Positions 15,201 through 26,630 of a stretch of 64,000 bases of DNA are shown here, piece by piece. The DNA comes from an uncultured Mediterraneibacter sp. (GTDB lineage Bacteria; Bacillota; Clostridia; Lachnospirales; Lachnospiraceae): positions 5,832 through 69,831 of the forward strand of contig CAKRDD010000018.1 in assembly GCA_934309345.1 (NCBI GenBank), read 5' to 3'. Positions within the stretch are counted from its first letter, which is position 1; each line of letters starts with the position of its first letter. A program made the position numbers and the translations under genes. The notes under the pieces are model-generated. The model made no database searches, had not been told where the DNA came from, and was given only the letters and a program-made list of their open reading frames with translations.

Positions 15201-15240
15201 AAGTGCTCATTCCCCATACGAATCCCCTCAAAAATACAAA

Positions 15241-16869
15241 TTACTCACACTCGCGAATCTTCTTTCTAAGCGGCAATACCATCGCCGGAGATACAGACAA
15301 CTCATCCAGTCCCATCTTCAGGAACTCTTCTGTCAGTTCAAGGTCTGCGCCAAGCTCTCCACAGATTCCGATCCATTTTCCTTCTGCATGTGCATTATCA
15401 GCTGCCATCTTGATCATAGCAAGCACTGCCGGGTGATGTGGATCATAGAACTCATCCAGCGCAAGGTTCTGACGGTCAATCGCCAGTGTATACTGTGTCA
15501 GGTCATTTGTTCCGACACTGAAGAAATCTACTTCTTTCGCAAGCTCACGGCTCATCATAACAGATGCCGGAGTCTCGATCATGATACCAAGTTCTACGTC
15601 TTCCTTAAATGGAAGTCCTTCTTCTCTCAGCTCTGCCTTCACTTCTTCGATGATCTCTTTGATCTTACGAACTTCTTTTACAGAAATGATCATCGGGAAC
15701 ATAATGGAAAGGTTTCCATATACGGATGCACGGTAAAGTGCACGAAGCTGAGTCTTGAAGATCTCCGGTCTTGTCAGGCAGATACGGATTGCTCTGTATC
15801 CGAGTGCCGGGTTCTCTTCTTTTGCAAGATTGAAGTAATCAACCTGCTTGTCTGCTCCGATATCAAGTGTACGGATGATAACTTTCTTTCCGGCCATGCT
15901 TTCTACAACCTGTTTGTAAGCTGCAAACTGCTGGTCTTCTGTCGGATATGTACTGTTCTCAAGATAAAGGAACTCACTTCTGAACAGACCTACTCCGCCT
16001 GCATCATTCTTAAGAACTGCACCAAGATCAGATACATTACCAATGTTCGCATAAACATTGATCTTCTGTCCGCTCTTTGTTACATTCTCTTTTCCTTTGA
16101 GCTGGTTGAGAAGTTCTTTCTGCTCAAGGTCTTTCGCACGCTTCTCCTGCATCTTTGCAAGTGTCTCTTCATCCGGATCCACATAGAGTGTTCCCGTAAA
16201 TCCATCAATGATAGCCATCTCTCCGTCATATTTCGGGTTGAGAGCTTCTCCCATTCCGATCACAGCCGGAATGTTCATTGTTCTTGCAAGGATTGCTGTA
16301 TGAGAGTTGGAAGAACCATACATTGTAGCAAATCCGAGTACTTTCTCTTTATCAAGCTGTACTGTCTCACTTGGTGCAAGATCATCTGCCGCAACAATAC
16401 AAGGTTCTGTCATCTCACGTGTTCCATTGCTCACTCCGCAGAGAATATCAAGCACACGCTCGGAAACATCCTTCACGTCCGCTGCACGTCCCTGCATATA
16501 TGCATCATCCATAGATGCAAACATCTGTGCAAAGTTATCAGCTGTTGTTGAAACAGCATACTCTGCATTCACATTCTGTGTACGGATAATTCCTTCAATA
16601 GATTCCAGATAATCCAGATCATCAAGCATCATCTGGTGAATCTCAAAGATCATGGCGTTGGCCTCACCTACATCTTCAATGGCTTTGTCGTAGAGAGCTT
16701 TCAGCTGGTCGATTGCTGTGTTCTTAGCCTCTTCGAATCTCTTCCATTCTGCATCCACATCATCTACATGCGTTCTTCTGATCACCTTTTCGTTTCTCTT
16801 ATAGAACATCAGTTTTCCAATGGATACCCCACCGAATACGCTTTTCCCTTCAATCGTTATCATATACAC
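15241..16869 (-). CDS. ptsI: Phosphoenolpyruvate-protein phosphotransferase (PTS enzyme I)
   Basis: GSSNSHTAILARTMNIPAV contains the phospho-histidine. FFSVGTNDLTQY marks the PEP-utilising domain. Confidence 0.96.
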   Translation of the reverse strand: MYMITIEGKSVFGGVSIGKLMFYKRNEKVIRRTHVDDVDAEWKRFEEAKNTAIDQLKALYDKAIEDVGEANAMIFEIHQMMLDDLDYLESIEGIIRTQNVNAEYAVSTTADNFAQMFASMDDAYMQGRAADVKDVSERVLDILCGVSNGTREMTEPCIVAADDLAPSETVQLDKEKVLGFATMYGSSNSHTAILARTMNIPAVIGMGEALNPKYDGEMAIIDGFTGTLYVDPDEETLAKMQEKRAKDLEQKELLNQLKGKENVTKSGQKINVYANIGNVSDLGAVLKNDAGGVGLFRSEFLYLENSTYPTEDQQFAAYKQVVESMAGKKVIIRTLDIGADKQVDYFNLAKEENPALGYRAIRICLTRPEIFKTQLRALYRASVYGNLSIMFPMIISVKEVRKIKEIIEEVKAELREEGLPFKEDVELGIMIETPASVMMSRELAKEVDFFSVGTNDLTQYTLAIDRQNLALDEFYDPHHPAVLAMIKMAADNAHAEGKWIGICGELGADLELTEEFLKMGLDELSVSPAMVLPLRKKIRECE

Positions 16870-16910
16870 AAATCCTCCTTGAAATAAAATATTTCATAGA
16901 CATTGGTTAA

Positions 16911-16939
16911 ATTATATAATATTTCAATTCTTTTTTCAA
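16911..16939 (-). promoter_or_regulatory. ptsI promoter (TTGAAA, 17-nt spacer, TATAAT on the minus strand)
   Basis: Plus-strand tttcaa at 16934-16939 and attata at 16911-16916, about 40 nt upstream of the ptsI start. Confidence 0.5.
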
Positions 16940-17110
16940 TCGACATCCTTTATTTTTCCAATCCATTCATAAAATAATCTTTCCTCGCACTTCTATTTTT
17001 ACCAATCTTATAAATCCGATATGCTAAATGGTATTTACAAATTGTTGAAATCGATTTTACGTCACTTCACATGTTTTTGTCATTTTTCTACAAATCAAAA
17101 AAGATTACAT

Positions 17111-17139
17111 TTGACTTTCTTTGTTAAACATGCTACAAT
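17111..17139 (+). promoter_or_regulatory. Cold-shock gene promoter (TTGACT, 17-nt spacer, TACAAT) giving a ~100-nt 5' UTR
   Basis: ttgact at 17111-17116 and tacaat at 17134-17139. Long leaders are typical of cspA-type genes. Confidence 0.55.
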
Positions 17140-17246
17140 AGACAAAGTGTCAATATGAATTTATACTGACACAACATTACAGTTTTCAGCGCATTGTCAA
17201 CTGTGATGATTTAACAACTTATATTCTTTTAATGGAGGGCAACACA

Positions 17247-17444
17247 ATGACAGGTACAGTAAAATGGTTTAATAACCAGAAGGGTTACGGATTTATCTCT
17301 GACGCTGAAGGAAATGACATTTTTGTTCATTATTCAGGACTTGTAATGGATGGATTCAAATCTCTCGAAGAGGGCCAGGCTGTTGAGTTCGAAGTAACAG
17401 AAGGCGCTAAAGGACCTCAGGCTGTTAACGTAGTGAAACTTTAA
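17247..17444 (+). CDS. Cold-shock protein (CspA family)
   Basis: [17 protein letters not shown] (RNP-1) and DIFVHYS (RNP-2). RBS ggaggg 8 nt upstream. I used the internal ATG rather than the ORF-track start at 17232. Confidence 0.95.
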   Translation: MTGTVKWFNNQKGYGFISDAEGNDIFVHYSGLVMDGFKSLEEGQAVEFEVTEGAKGPQAVNVVKL

Positions 17445-17520
17445 TCAAGACTTTATGTACCTTTTAATTAATAAATAGACCGTATTTAATTTTTAAAAGT
17501 AATACAGAAATTCGATTAAC

Positions 17521-17548
17521 AAAAAAGAGCTTTTTCAAGCTCTTTTTT
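17521..17548. terminator. Bidirectional intrinsic terminator between csp (+) and glyA (-)
   Basis: aaaaaagagc tttttcaa gctctttttt: a stem flanked by an A-run and a T-run. Confidence 0.75.
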
Positions 17549-17563
17549 GTTGCGCAAATCTTA

Positions 17564-18799
17564 TTAACAAAGTGGATATTTTGCAGTCAGCTCAGCAACC
17601 ATTGCTTTTGCTTTTTCTACATTCTCTTCGCTCTCGATTACCATTGCGATAATCTCTGCGATCTTATCCATATCATCTTCTTTCATTCCACGTGTTGTAA
17701 CAGCAGGTGTTCCAAGTCTTACACCGCTTGTTACGAACGGTGAACGAGGATCGTTCGGGATTGTATTCTTATTTGCTGTTACATGAGCATCATCCAGACG
17801 CTTCTCCAGTTCTTTTCCACTTGTCTCTGTTCCTGACAGATCTACAAGCATCAGATGGTTATCTGTATCTCCGGAAACAATCTTCACTCCGCGTGCTTTC
17901 AAACCATTGCAAAGTGCTTTCGCATTCTTAACAACCTGTTCCATGTATGTCTTATACTCCGGCTCAAGTGCTTCCTTGAAGCAGACTGCTTTTCCGGCAA
18001 TCACATGCATCAGCGGTCCTCCCTGGATTCCCGGGAATACAGCTTTGTTGAAATTGAACTTTTTGTTCATCTCTTCGCTGCACATGATCATTCCGCCTCT
18101 TGGTCCACGGAGTGTCTTATGTGTTGTTGTTGTTGTCACATGAGCATACGGAATCGGGCTTGGATGAAGTCCTGTAGCAACAAGTCCTGCAATGTGTGCG
18201 ATATCTACCATCAGGTATGCTCCCACCTCATCTGCAATCTCACGGAAACGTTTGAAATCAATCGTTCTTGCATAAGCACTTGCACCGGCAACGATCAGTT
18301 TCGGTTTATGCTCTTTCGCAATACGAAGCACTTCATCATAATCGATCACACCGTCTGCATTCACACCATAATGTGCTACATCAAAATATTTACCGGACAT
18401 ATTAACCGGTGAACCGTGTGTAAGATGTCCGCCGTGATCCAGGTTCATTCCCATGATCTTATCTCCCGGCTCAAGCATGGCAAACATAACTGCCATATTC
18501 GCCTGTGCTCCTGAATGTGGCTGCACATTGACATACTCACATCCAAACAGTTTCTTTGCTCTTTCTCTTGCAAGGTCTTCTACTACATCTACACACTGAC
18601 ATCCGCCATAATATCTCTTTCCCGGATATCCTTCTGCGTATTTATTCGTCAATGGGCTTCCCATAGCTGCCATGACTGCTTTACTCACCCAGTTCTCAGA
18701 GGCGATCAACTCGATATGGGAGTTCTGTCTCTCCATCTCTGCTTTTATCGCATCTGCTATCTCTGGGTCTGTGTTCATAATCTCATCGAAATCGTACAT
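17564..18799 (-). CDS. glyA: Serine hydroxymethyltransferase
   Basis: [14 protein letters not shown] is the PLP-lysine motif. The start is set at MYDFDEI (18799) with GGAGG 8 nt upstream. The ORF-track start at 18814 is also possible. Confidence 0.96.
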   Translation of the reverse strand: MYDFDEIMNTDPEIADAIKAEMERQNSHIELIASENWVSKAVMAAMGSPLTNKYAEGYPGKRYYGGCQCVDVVEDLARERAKKLFGCEYVNVQPHSGAQANMAVMFAMLEPGDKIMGMNLDHGGHLTHGSPVNMSGKYFDVAHYGVNADGVIDYDEVLRIAKEHKPKLIVAGASAYARTIDFKRFREIADEVGAYLMVDIAHIAGLVATGLHPSPIPYAHVTTTTTHKTLRGPRGGMIMCSEEMNKKFNFNKAVFPGIQGGPLMHVIAGKAVCFKEALEPEYKTYMEQVVKNAKALCNGLKARGVKIVSGDTDNHLMLVDLSGTETSGKELEKRLDDAHVTANKNTIPNDPRSPFVTSGVRLGTPAVTTRGMKEDDMDKIAEIIAMVIESEENVEKAKAMVAELTAKYPLC

Positions 18800-18845
18800 T
18801 ATCTCTTCCTCCATTAAAACGTTACCACGTCAAAGCGTTGTAGTC

Positions 18846-18874
18846 ATTATAGCACAGCACTTTACATCCGTCTA
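18846..18874 (-). promoter_or_regulatory. glyA promoter (TAGACG, 17-nt spacer, TGcTATAAT extended -10, minus strand)
   Basis: The minus strand reads tagacggatgtaaagtgctgtgctataat and sits between the polC stop and the glyA start. Confidence 0.45.
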
Positions 18875-18883
18875 GCGCATTTC

Positions 18884-21800
18884 CTACGAAAAATCAAACA
18901 ATGAAAGCTGGTTACTCTGTGGAAGATTCCCAAATAATCCCAACTCTGCCATCAGATCGATCACTGTTTTACTGACTTTTGTTCTCTGACGGAAATCATC
19001 CAGCGACAGATACGGTCCGTCTTTCGACGCCTCTTCCACGGCCTCGGCAGCCTTATCTCCCATTCCTTCAATGCTGGCAAGAGACGGCATCAGTTTCCCG
19101 TCAATGATCTGGAACATCTTAGCCTTCGCCCGATAAATATCGATCGGCATAAACTCCAGACCTCGCGCATACATTTCCTGGACGATCTTCATATCTTTCA
19201 TAACATCCTGTTCTTTTTTCGTCAAACTGTCACTTCGCTTTTTATAGTCCTTCATGTAATAATTCAGTTTATCCTTACCCTGGCACATGATTGCATAAGA
19301 GAATGCATCTGCACGGATTCCAAAGTAAGCCCCGTAATAAGCCAGCGGATAATTGATCTTACAGTAAGCGATACGATAAGCCATCATAACATACGCAGCT
19401 GCATGCGCCTTCGGGAACATGTAGCTGATCTTCTTACAGGACCAGATATACCAGTCCGGTACATCCTGCGCTTTCATCGCCTCTTCCCACTCCGGTTTCA
19501 ATCCTTTTCCTTTACGCACACTCTCCATGATCGTAAAGGCAAGTGCACTTTCCACTCCCTTGTTGATCAGATAGATCATGATATCATCACGGGTACAGAT
19601 TGCCGTGGAAATGGTTGCTTTTCCGGATTTTACAAGTTCCTGTGCATTTCCAAGCCATACATTCGTTCCATGGGACAGACCGGAAATTCGAATCAGATCG
19701 GACAATGTCTGTGGCTTTGTATCCTGTACCATCTGGATAACGAAATCCGTACCAAACTCCGGGATTCCAAGACATCCAAGCTTACAGCCGTCAATATCTT
19801 CCGGTTTGATTCCGAGAATTTCTGTGCCATGGAATAGTTCGATTACTTTCTTGTCATCCAGCGGAATCTCCGTTGCAACAAACGGATGCTCCTCATTGTA
19901 TTCATTTTCCATTGCATCGGAAGTGATATAATCTTCCAATGTACGGATCATCGTAGGATCATCATGTCCTAGGATATCAAGTTTCAAAAGGTTGTGGTCA
20001 ATGGAATGGTAATCAAAATGTGTTGTTGTAATTCCACATTCCATATCGTTGGCCGGATGCTGTACCGGTGTAAACTCATTGATGCTGTGTCCGTGCGGAA
20101 GTACTACAATTCCACCCGGATGCTGTCCGGTACTTCGCCGGATTCCGGTACATCCTTCCGTGATTCGCTCAATCTCACAGCCACGCTTTCTCTGACCGCG
20201 CTCCTCATAATAATTTTTCACAAATCCATACGCCGTCTTATCGGCCAGCGTACCGATCGTTCCTGCTTTAAATGTATGACCCTCGCCAAAGAGAACCTCT
20301 GTATATTTATGTGCCTTCGCCTGGTAGTCTCCGGAGAAGTTCAGGTCGATATCAGGCTCCTTGTCTCCTTTAAATCCAAGGAATGTTTCAAACGGAATAT
20401 CAAATCCGGCCTTGACCAGTTTTTCTCCGCACACAGGACAATTTCTATCCGGCATATCGTAACCACAGCCTCCGGCAAATGCCCGGACCTCTTCAGACTC
20501 GAAATCACTGTAATGACATTTTTTACAGTAATAGTGAGGGCTTAGAGGATTAACCTCCGTAATTCCTGACATCGTTGCAACAAAAGATGAACCTACTGAT
20601 CCACGGGAACCAACAAGGTACCCATCCGCATTGGACTTCCATACCAGTTTCTGTGCAATGATATACATAACGGCATATCCGTTGGAAATAATGGAGTTCA
20701 GCTCTTTCTCAAGTCTGGAAGAAACCTGTACCGGAAGATCTTCTCCATACATTTCATGTGCTTTACGATAACAGATGTCTCGAAGCTCCTGATCGGAATC
20801 TGCGATGACCGGTGGACACTTATTCGGGTTAACCGGTGAGATCTTCTCAACCATACGTGCAATTTTCTGCGGATTTTCTATCACAACTTCTCTCGCCTTC
20901 GCAGAACCAAGATATGCGAATTCTTCCAACATTTCATCCGTTGTACGAAGGAACAGAGGTGCCTGATTATCTGCATCTTTAAATCCTTTTCCTGCCATGA
21001 TGATCCGACGATATACTTCATCTTCCGGATCAAGGAAATGAACGTCACAGGTTGCTACAACCGGCTTACCGAATTTCTCTCCAAGTTCAACAATCTCCCT
21101 GTTTACGTTACGCAGATCTTCCTCTGTATTGATATTCGGCGTTTTCTCATCTTCGAGCATAAACATATCATTTCCAATTGGCTGGATCTCATAATAATCA
21201 TAGAAATCTGCCAGTCTCGCAATCTGCTGTGCAGACTGTTTTTCAAGAACCGCACGGTATAATTCTCCTGCCTCACAGGCACTTCCGATAATGATTCCTT
21301 CTCTGTGTTCATTGATCAGACTTTTCGGAATTCTCGGTCTTCTTGCATAATATGTCATATGAGATGCCGTGATCAGCTGATACAGGTTATATCTTCCGAT
21401 ATCATTCTGTGCGATCAAAATAATGTGATGTGTCGGCATCTTACGGATTGCATTAACATTACGATCCCCGAACTTATTCATTTCTTTTAAGTTCATGATG
21501 TGCTGATCTTTGAGCATTTCAACAAATTTCACAAAAATTTCTGCTGTTGCCCCTGCATCATCAACCGCACGATGATGATTTTCTAATGAAATTCCAAGTG
21601 CTTTTGCAACCAGGTTCAATTTGTATTTTGAAAGGGTCGGAAGCAGCACACGGGCAAGAGCCACTGTATCAACAGATGTGAATTCCCGGTCCAGGCCAAG
21701 CACACGACAATTCTGTTCGATAAACCCTACATCAAATCCTGCATTATGCGCAACCAATGCGCCCTCACCAATAAATTCGAGAAACTGTGGCAGCACGACC

Positions 21801-23440
21801 TCGATTGTCGGAGCATCCAGCACCATCTCATCTGTAATACTTGTCAGGTTTGTAATTTCAAAAGGAATCGGGCGTTCCGGATTCACAAAGGTACTGAACT
21901 TATCTACAATCTGACCATTCTCTACCTTTACAGCTCCAATCTCAATGATCCTGTCACGGATAGAACTGAATCCTGTTGTCTCGATATCAAAAACAATATA
22001 GGTATCATCCAATGTCTGATCTTTTGCATTAACTGCAATTTCTGTCAGATCATCAACCACATATCCTTCCACTCCATAAAGGACTTTAAACGGATCATCT
22101 TTATCCAGTGTCTCAATATAGTGATTTGCAACCGGGAATGCCTGCGCCACACCATGATCGGTAATTGCAATCGCCGGATGTCCCCAGTCATGTGCTCTGC
22201 GGACGATATCTGTCACTTCGGATACGCCATCCATATCACTCATCTTCGTATGGCAATGAAGTTCTACACGCTTTGTCGGATTCAGATCCTGTCTTGAAAC
22301 CGTAAAGTCTCCAATCTTCTTGATTCCGGTAATCGAACCGATTGTCAGTTCACCGTCGAATTTATCAATTGTCGTCACACCTTTGATCTTAACGAAAGCA
22401 CCTTTCTTCAAATCTCCGAGAATCTCCGGTAACTGATCATTTCTGGCAAACATCTTGATCGTGATCGTATCCGTAAAATCAGTCACAGCAAAGATAATAA
22501 TTGTCTTCTCATTTCTGATCTCCCGTGTATCAAAGTTGATGATCTTTCCATGAATCGTGATCTCACCCATCTCAGATACAACCTGTTCCAATTTGATCGG
22601 CTCATCTTCAAAATTCTTTCCGTAGATCAGGTTCGGATCGTCTCCGATCTTCACCGGACGCACATAATCTTTCTTGCGGAATTCCTTCTTTTGGAACTCT
22701 TTCTTTCCGCCCGAAGCTGCTGTATTTCCTGAAGATTTTCCAGCAGTCTCTGCTTTCTTTTCTCCCGAAGAAAGTTTTCCGGATTCGGATGACTTCTTCT
22801 TTGCCTCCACAGCAGACTTTCGCTCCTCATATTCGCCTCTCTGTTTCGCGCGCCGTTCAAAGATTGCATTAATCTCCTGCTGGATCCTTTGCTCATCATA
22901 TTCTCTGCTTCCCTGACCCTCGTTTTCTTTATATGTGACCCTGATATCAACATTCATATGAAAACGATTCCTGAATACATCGTCCAGCAGATTCAGGATC
23001 TCTTCTTTTCTTCCTTCAGAAACAATCGTATCAAGAAGCTCCAGACGGACGACATTTCCCTCTTCATAGTTCACTTCTGCCTGTGAAAACATATTCGCGG
23101 CAAGGACACTGATTTCTTTTAGTTCAAGAATCAGACTATCCTTGTACTCTTCCATCACTGCTTCCGGTGTATAAAGCTCTGACAGCTCATACTCTTCCAA
23201 AATCTGAAGTTTTACAGAAGATGTTCCAAAAAGCTGCTCTTTGATCCGCTGCTCCATCTGCCGTATCTTCTTCTTCGGGATCAGATGATGGCTCTTTAAA
23301 TGTACATGCAGAAAATCACGACCGGAATTAGTCGTGATTTTCTTAACCTCCACATCAGCAAAGAGGACTTTAAATTCCTCTTCCACCTTCAATGTGGGAA
23401 ATACATGAAAAAATGTTTTTTCATTCTTTATTTGTTCCAA
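18884..23440 (-). CDS. polC: DNA polymerase III alpha subunit, PolC type
   Basis: 1518 aa. PHP domain [11 protein letters not shown]. Inserted DEDDh exonuclease [21 protein letters not shown] and HRAVDDA. Zinc module CKKCHY...CPVCG. Confidence 0.97.
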   Translation of the reverse strand: MEQIKNEKTFFHVFPTLKVEEEFKVLFADVEVKKITTNSGRDFLHVHLKSHHLIPKKKIRQMEQRIKEQLFGTSSVKLQILEEYELSELYTPEAVMEEYKDSLILELKEISVLAANMFSQAEVNYEEGNVVRLELLDTIVSEGRKEEILNLLDDVFRNRFHMNVDIRVTYKENEGQGSREYDEQRIQQEINAIFERRAKQRGEYEERKSAVEAKKKSSESGKLSSGEKKAETAGKSSGNTAASGGKKEFQKKEFRKKDYVRPVKIGDDPNLIYGKNFEDEPIKLEQVVSEMGEITIHGKIINFDTREIRNEKTIIIFAVTDFTDTITIKMFARNDQLPEILGDLKKGAFVKIKGVTTIDKFDGELTIGSITGIKKIGDFTVSRQDLNPTKRVELHCHTKMSDMDGVSEVTDIVRRAHDWGHPAIAITDHGVAQAFPVANHYIETLDKDDPFKVLYGVEGYVVDDLTEIAVNAKDQTLDDTYIVFDIETTGFSSIRDRIIEIGAVKVENGQIVDKFSTFVNPERPIPFEITNLTSITDEMVLDAPTIEVVLPQFLEFIGEGALVAHNAGFDVGFIEQNCRVLGLDREFTSVDTVALARVLLPTLSKYKLNLVAKALGISLENHHRAVDDAGATAEIFVKFVEMLKDQHIMNLKEMNKFGDRNVNAIRKMPTHHIILIAQNDIGRYNLYQLITASHMTYYARRPRIPKSLINEHREGIIIGSACEAGELYRAVLEKQSAQQIARLADFYDYYEIQPIGNDMFMLEDEKTPNINTEEDLRNVNREIVELGEKFGKPVVATCDVHFLDPEDEVYRRIIMAGKGFKDADNQAPLFLRTTDEMLEEFAYLGSAKAREVVIENPQKIARMVEKISPVNPNKCPPVIADSDQELRDICYRKAHEMYGEDLPVQVSSRLEKELNSIISNGYAVMYIIAQKLVWKSNADGYLVGSRGSVGSSFVATMSGITEVNPLSPHYYCKKCHYSDFESEEVRAFAGGCGYDMPDRNCPVCGEKLVKAGFDIPFETFLGFKGDKEPDIDLNFSGDYQAKAHKYTEVLFGEGHTFKAGTIGTLADKTAYGFVKNYYEERGQRKRGCEIERITEGCTGIRRSTGQHPGGIVVLPHGHSINEFTPVQHPANDMECGITTTHFDYHSIDHNLLKLDILGHDDPTMIRTLEDYITSDAMENEYNEEHPFVATEIPLDDKKVIELFHGTEILGIKPEDIDGCKLGCLGIPEFGTDFVIQMVQDTKPQTLSDLIRISGLSHGTNVWLGNAQELVKSGKATISTAICTRDDIMIYLINKGVESALAFTIMESVRKGKGLKPEWEEAMKAQDVPDWYIWSCKKISYMFPKAHAAAYVMMAYRIAYCKINYPLAYYGAYFGIRADAFSYAIMCQGKDKLNYYMKDYKKRSDSLTKKEQDVMKDMKIVQEMYARGLEFMPIDIYRAKAKMFQIIDGKLMPSLASIEGMGDKAAEAVEEASKDGPYLSLDDFRQRTKVSKTVIDLMAELGLFGNLPQSNQLSLFDFS

Positions 23441-24486
23441 TTCAATAACTCCTGTCTTAAAGTCTCAAGAAGTTCTTCTTCCTTTACCTTCCTGATGATC
23501 TCACCTTTCTTGATCAAAAGTCCTTCACCGATACCACCTGCAATTCCGATATCTGCTTCTTTCGCCTCTCCAGGCCCGTTCACAACACATCCCATAACAG
23601 CAACTTTAATATCATCGAGCGGAATGTCTGCTACCATCTCTTCTACCTGGTTTGCAAGGCTGATCAGATCGATTCTTGTTCTTCCGCAAGTCGGACAGGA
23701 TACAACTTCAATACCGCCCTTGCGAAGTCCAAGTGTCTTAAGAATCAGTTTTGCTGTACGGATCTCTTCTACCGGATCTCCCGTCAGGGAAACACGGATC
23801 GTATTACCGATTCCCTCATGAAGAATGATTCCAAGTCCTACAGAAGATTTCACATTTCCTGAATATACAGTTCCTGACTCTGTGATTCCGACATGAAGCG
23901 GATATGGGCATTCCTTAGCGATCAGCTCATGCGCTTTCACACACATCAGAACATCAGAAGATTTAATGCTGACGACAAGATTGTCATAGCCCATAGACTC
24001 GATCAGATGAACTTTATCCAGCGCACTTTCCACGATTCCCTCAGCTGTCACACCGCCATATTTTTCAAGCAGATGTTTCTCAAGAGAACCACTGTTTACG
24101 CCGACACGGATTGGAACATGATACTCTTTTGCTTTGTCTACGACTGCCTGTACACGTTCTTTTGCACCAATATTTCCCGGATTGATACGGATCTTATCAG
24201 CTCCGTTCTCAATTGCTGCGATTGCCATCTTATAATCAAAATGGATGTCTGCAACAAGCGGAATATGAATCTGTTTTTTAATCTCTCTGATCGCTTTTGC
24301 CGCCTCCATTGTCGGAACTGTACAGCGGATGATCTCACATCCTGCTTTTTCCAGACGTAGTATCTGCTCCACTGTGGCTTCTACATCTTCTGTCCTTGTA
24401 TTTGTCATAGACTGGATTGCAATCGGGTGATCTCCTCCGATCACAACATTCCCAATTCTTACTTCTTTCGTCTGATTTCTGTACAT
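23428..24486 (-). CDS. ispG: 4-hydroxy-3-methylbut-2-en-1-yl diphosphate synthase
   Basis: [18 protein letters not shown], and the Fe-S cysteines VSCPTCGRT and [10 protein letters not shown]. The start is set at MYRNQTKE (24486, RBS aggggg). Confidence 0.95.
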   Translation of the reverse strand: MYRNQTKEVRIGNVVIGGDHPIAIQSMTNTRTEDVEATVEQILRLEKAGCEIIRCTVPTMEAAKAIREIKKQIHIPLVADIHFDYKMAIAAIENGADKIRINPGNIGAKERVQAVVDKAKEYHVPIRVGVNSGSLEKHLLEKYGGVTAEGIVESALDKVHLIESMGYDNLVVSIKSSDVLMCVKAHELIAKECPYPLHVGITESGTVYSGNVKSSVGLGIILHEGIGNTIRVSLTGDPVEEIRTAKLILKTLGLRKGGIEVVSCPTCGRTRIDLISLANQVEEMVADIPLDDIKVAVMGCVVNGPGEAKEADIGIAGGIGEGLLIKKGEIIRKVKEEELLETLRQELLNWNK

Positions 24487-24555
24487 AATCTGTACCCCCT
24501 GTTTCCACTGCCCTGCAAGTTCTTTCCGTGTCGTCTGCTGAGGCAGAATCACCTT

Positions 24556-25020
24556 TTACTTTCCACTTTTTTCAAATGTCTTCTGACTTCCATATTCTGA
24601 ATCAGTCAGTGTCAGTACATTCTGTTCTACACTGTATTCGTAGGTTCCTTCCATCACATCCGCTATATCTCTGAGATCCTGCTCAGAATATTCGTTTGTT
24701 TTTTCAGCTTGTGCTGCAAGTTTCTCTTCATTTACATGAATCGCGAAACGCTTATGTTCCATATCGATTGTATAATCAACCGGAACGCTGATTGTACTTT
24801 CATCCAATGTCTGTACGATATTCATCGCTCCGTTATTCTTAATCGTCAGCTTCATTCCATCATCTGTATTCTCCCAGTTTCCTGTCAGAGGATTGGAAGT
24901 AAAGAGCTTCACTCCGAAAAAGATAACGATCAGAATGATCAGGACAGAAGTTACTGTCATAACCGTTCTCCAGGCTATATTTCTCTTTTCTTCATTATCT
25001 TTCAGTAACATAAGAATCAC
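24556..25020 (-). CDS. Hypothetical membrane-anchored protein
   Basis: One N-terminal TM helix (VMTVTSVLIILIVIFFGVKLF) followed by a ~110-aa soluble domain. I recognise no motif. Confidence 0.6.
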   Translation of the reverse strand: MILMLLKDNEEKRNIAWRTVMTVTSVLIILIVIFFGVKLFTSNPLTGNWENTDDGMKLTIKNNGAMNIVQTLDESTISVPVDYTIDMEHKRFAIHVNEEKLAAQAEKTNEYSEQDLRDIADVMEGTYEYSVEQNVLTLTDSEYGSQKTFEKSGK

Positions 25021-25038
25021 TTCCTTTGCATATTTATC

Positions 25039-25548
25039 TTATCCAAAAATCCCGCCAATAATTCCATAGGAAATGACTGACATAATAAATGCAGCGAGGC
25101 AGACACCAACAACAACTGCCGGAAAAGCTTTTCTAAAGCGGATTCCAAGTAGTGCAGCGATCAGTGATCCTGTCCACGCTCCTGTTCCCGGAAGAGGAAT
25201 TCCAACAAAAAGTACAAGACCCCAGAACTCATATTTCTCTATCTTGTCACTTTTACTCATTGCCTTCTTCTCCAGCTTCTCCACCATTGGCTTCAAACGC
25301 TTCGTTCCTTTCATCCAGTCAAAGATCTTTGTGATCAGTAAAAGGATGAATGGAATCGGAACCAGATTTCCGATTACACAGATCGGTACCGCTTTTGCAA
25401 GTTCCACGTTCAGAAACGCCGGTCCTGCTGCCAGAAGTCCTCCACGCAGTTCCAGAATCGGAACCATAGAGATCAGGAAAAGAATAAATTCCTTACCGAC
25501 CTTTCCGCCCAGTGTCACCATAAACCAGTTGATCAAAGCTTCACTCAT
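25039..25548 (-). CDS. Small multidrug-export-like membrane protein (COG2426-like)
   Basis: 169 aa with four hydrophobic helices and the motif ILELRGGL near the N-terminus, typical of this family. Confidence 0.7.
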   Translation of the reverse strand: MSEALINWFMVTLGGKVGKEFILFLISMVPILELRGGLLAAGPAFLNVELAKAVPICVIGNLVPIPFILLLITKIFDWMKGTKRLKPMVEKLEKKAMSKSDKIEKYEFWGLVLFVGIPLPGTGAWTGSLIAALLGIRFRKAFPAVVVGVCLAAFIMSVISYGIIGGIFG

Positions 25549-25552
25549 TCAG

Positions 25553-26620
25553 TTATTTCTCCTTTATATATGTTTTCAAAAATCCAAAGAGCATCTCCAT
25601 CTCTTCTCTTGTACCGATTGTAATTCTCAGATACTGATCGATTCGTGGTGCATTCCAGTGTCTGACAAAGATATTATTCTCTTTCAAAGCCTGGAAAAGT
25701 TCATTCGCATCAATCTTAGGATGTCTTGCAAAAATAAAGTTTGCCTTTGCATCCGGGAAAACAAAGCCAAGTTTCCTGAGCTCTTCTTTTGCCCATTCTC
25801 TTGTCTCAACTATTTTACGAACCCCTTCTTCAAAATATGCCTTATCCTTAACTGCTTCCACACCACAGGCAAGAGCTGTCTGATTCATCGTGTAAGAGTT
25901 AAAAGAATACTTCACATCATTCAGGCAGCGGATCAGATCCGGATTCGAAATTGCATATCCGATTCGCATACCAGCCATACTTCTTGCTTTTGAGAAAGTC
26001 TGTGTCACAATAAGATTATCATATTTATCAATCAGTTCAATCGCAGATTTTCCTGCAAAATCAACATATGCTTCATCTACGATCACGATAGAATTCCTGT
26101 TCTGCTTTAAGATATCTTCCACGAACTCAAGATCTTCGTAAATTGCTGTCGGTGCATTTGGATTAGGGAAAATAATTCCACCGTTTTCAGCATAATAGTC
26201 TTCTTTCACAATTTTAAAATTGTCGTCAAGCTTTGGACAATGATATGGTATCCGATACAATTCTGCCCAGACTTTATAAAACGAATATGTAATATCCGGG
26301 AAGAGAATTGGGAGATCTGAATTAAAAAATGTGAGGAAACACATAGAAATCACATCATCAGATCCAACTCCTACAAAAACCTGGTCTTTCCCTACACCAT
26401 AATAATCTGCAAGACTTCCAACGAGTTCATCTGCAGTCGGATCCGGGTACAGACGGAAACGGTCTGTGTCCATCTCTTTCAGAACACGTTCCACTCCCGG
26501 TGCCGGTGGATATGGATTCTCATTTGTATTCAGTTTCACAACCTTATGCTGAGGCTGTTCCCCCGGAACATATGGTTCTACGCTTCGTATATTTCTTAAA
26601 AGTTCTTCTCTTACAGCCAT
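25553..26620 (-). CDS. hisC: Histidinol-phosphate aminotransferase
   Basis: VKLNTNENPY, YPDPT, and TFSKARSMAGMRIGY (PLP lysine). The start is set at MAVREELL (26620). Confidence 0.9.
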   Translation of the reverse strand: MAVREELLRNIRSVEPYVPGEQPQHKVVKLNTNENPYPPAPGVERVLKEMDTDRFRLYPDPTADELVGSLADYYGVGKDQVFVGVGSDDVISMCFLTFFNSDLPILFPDITYSFYKVWAELYRIPYHCPKLDDNFKIVKEDYYAENGGIIFPNPNAPTAIYEDLEFVEDILKQNRNSIVIVDEAYVDFAGKSAIELIDKYDNLIVTQTFSKARSMAGMRIGYAISNPDLIRCLNDVKYSFNSYTMNQTALACGVEAVKDKAYFEEGVRKIVETREWAKEELRKLGFVFPDAKANFIFARHPKIDANELFQALKENNIFVRHWNAPRIDQYLRITIGTREEMEMLFGFLKTYIKEK

Positions 26621-26630
26621 GGTACTACCT

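Noticed and set aside
14788-15231. 147-aa minus-strand ORF covering repeat copy A. The ORFs 42277..42516 (-) and 42615..42821 (+) cover copies C and B in the same way.
   Set aside because: None has an ATG start or a Shine-Dalgarno sequence; the track starts are TTG. A 1-nt indel between copies A and B changes the downstream frame while the nucleotides stay conserved. The parts that differ between copies change in a base-pair-compensating way rather than a codon-preserving way. The short peptide similarity (HxRQERSEYTL...KGMR) simply reflects the invariant nucleotide cores.
15388-16551. Long antisense shadow ORFs inside real genes. Examples are 15388..16551 (+) in ptsI, 25073..25993 (+) across two genes, 13555..14636 (+) in the SPFH gene, 33760..34791 (-) in the malic enzyme gene, 56855..57511 (+), 58347..59063 (+), and 6015..6503 (+).
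   Set aside because: Each lies opposite a gene with unmistakable family motifs. Their translations are low-complexity (Ser/Cys/Ile/Phe-rich) with no motifs and no RBS. This is typical of frames kept open by the codon bias of the opposite strand.
22664-22852. Lys/Ser/Gly/Glu-rich low-complexity insert (about residues 197-259) in the PolC N-terminal region. It might be an intein or a foreign insertion.
   Set aside because: It has no intein splicing motifs (no Cys/Ser...His-Asn-Cys/Ser/Thr junctions) and no endonuclease motif. It looks like a flexible linker between N-terminal domains.
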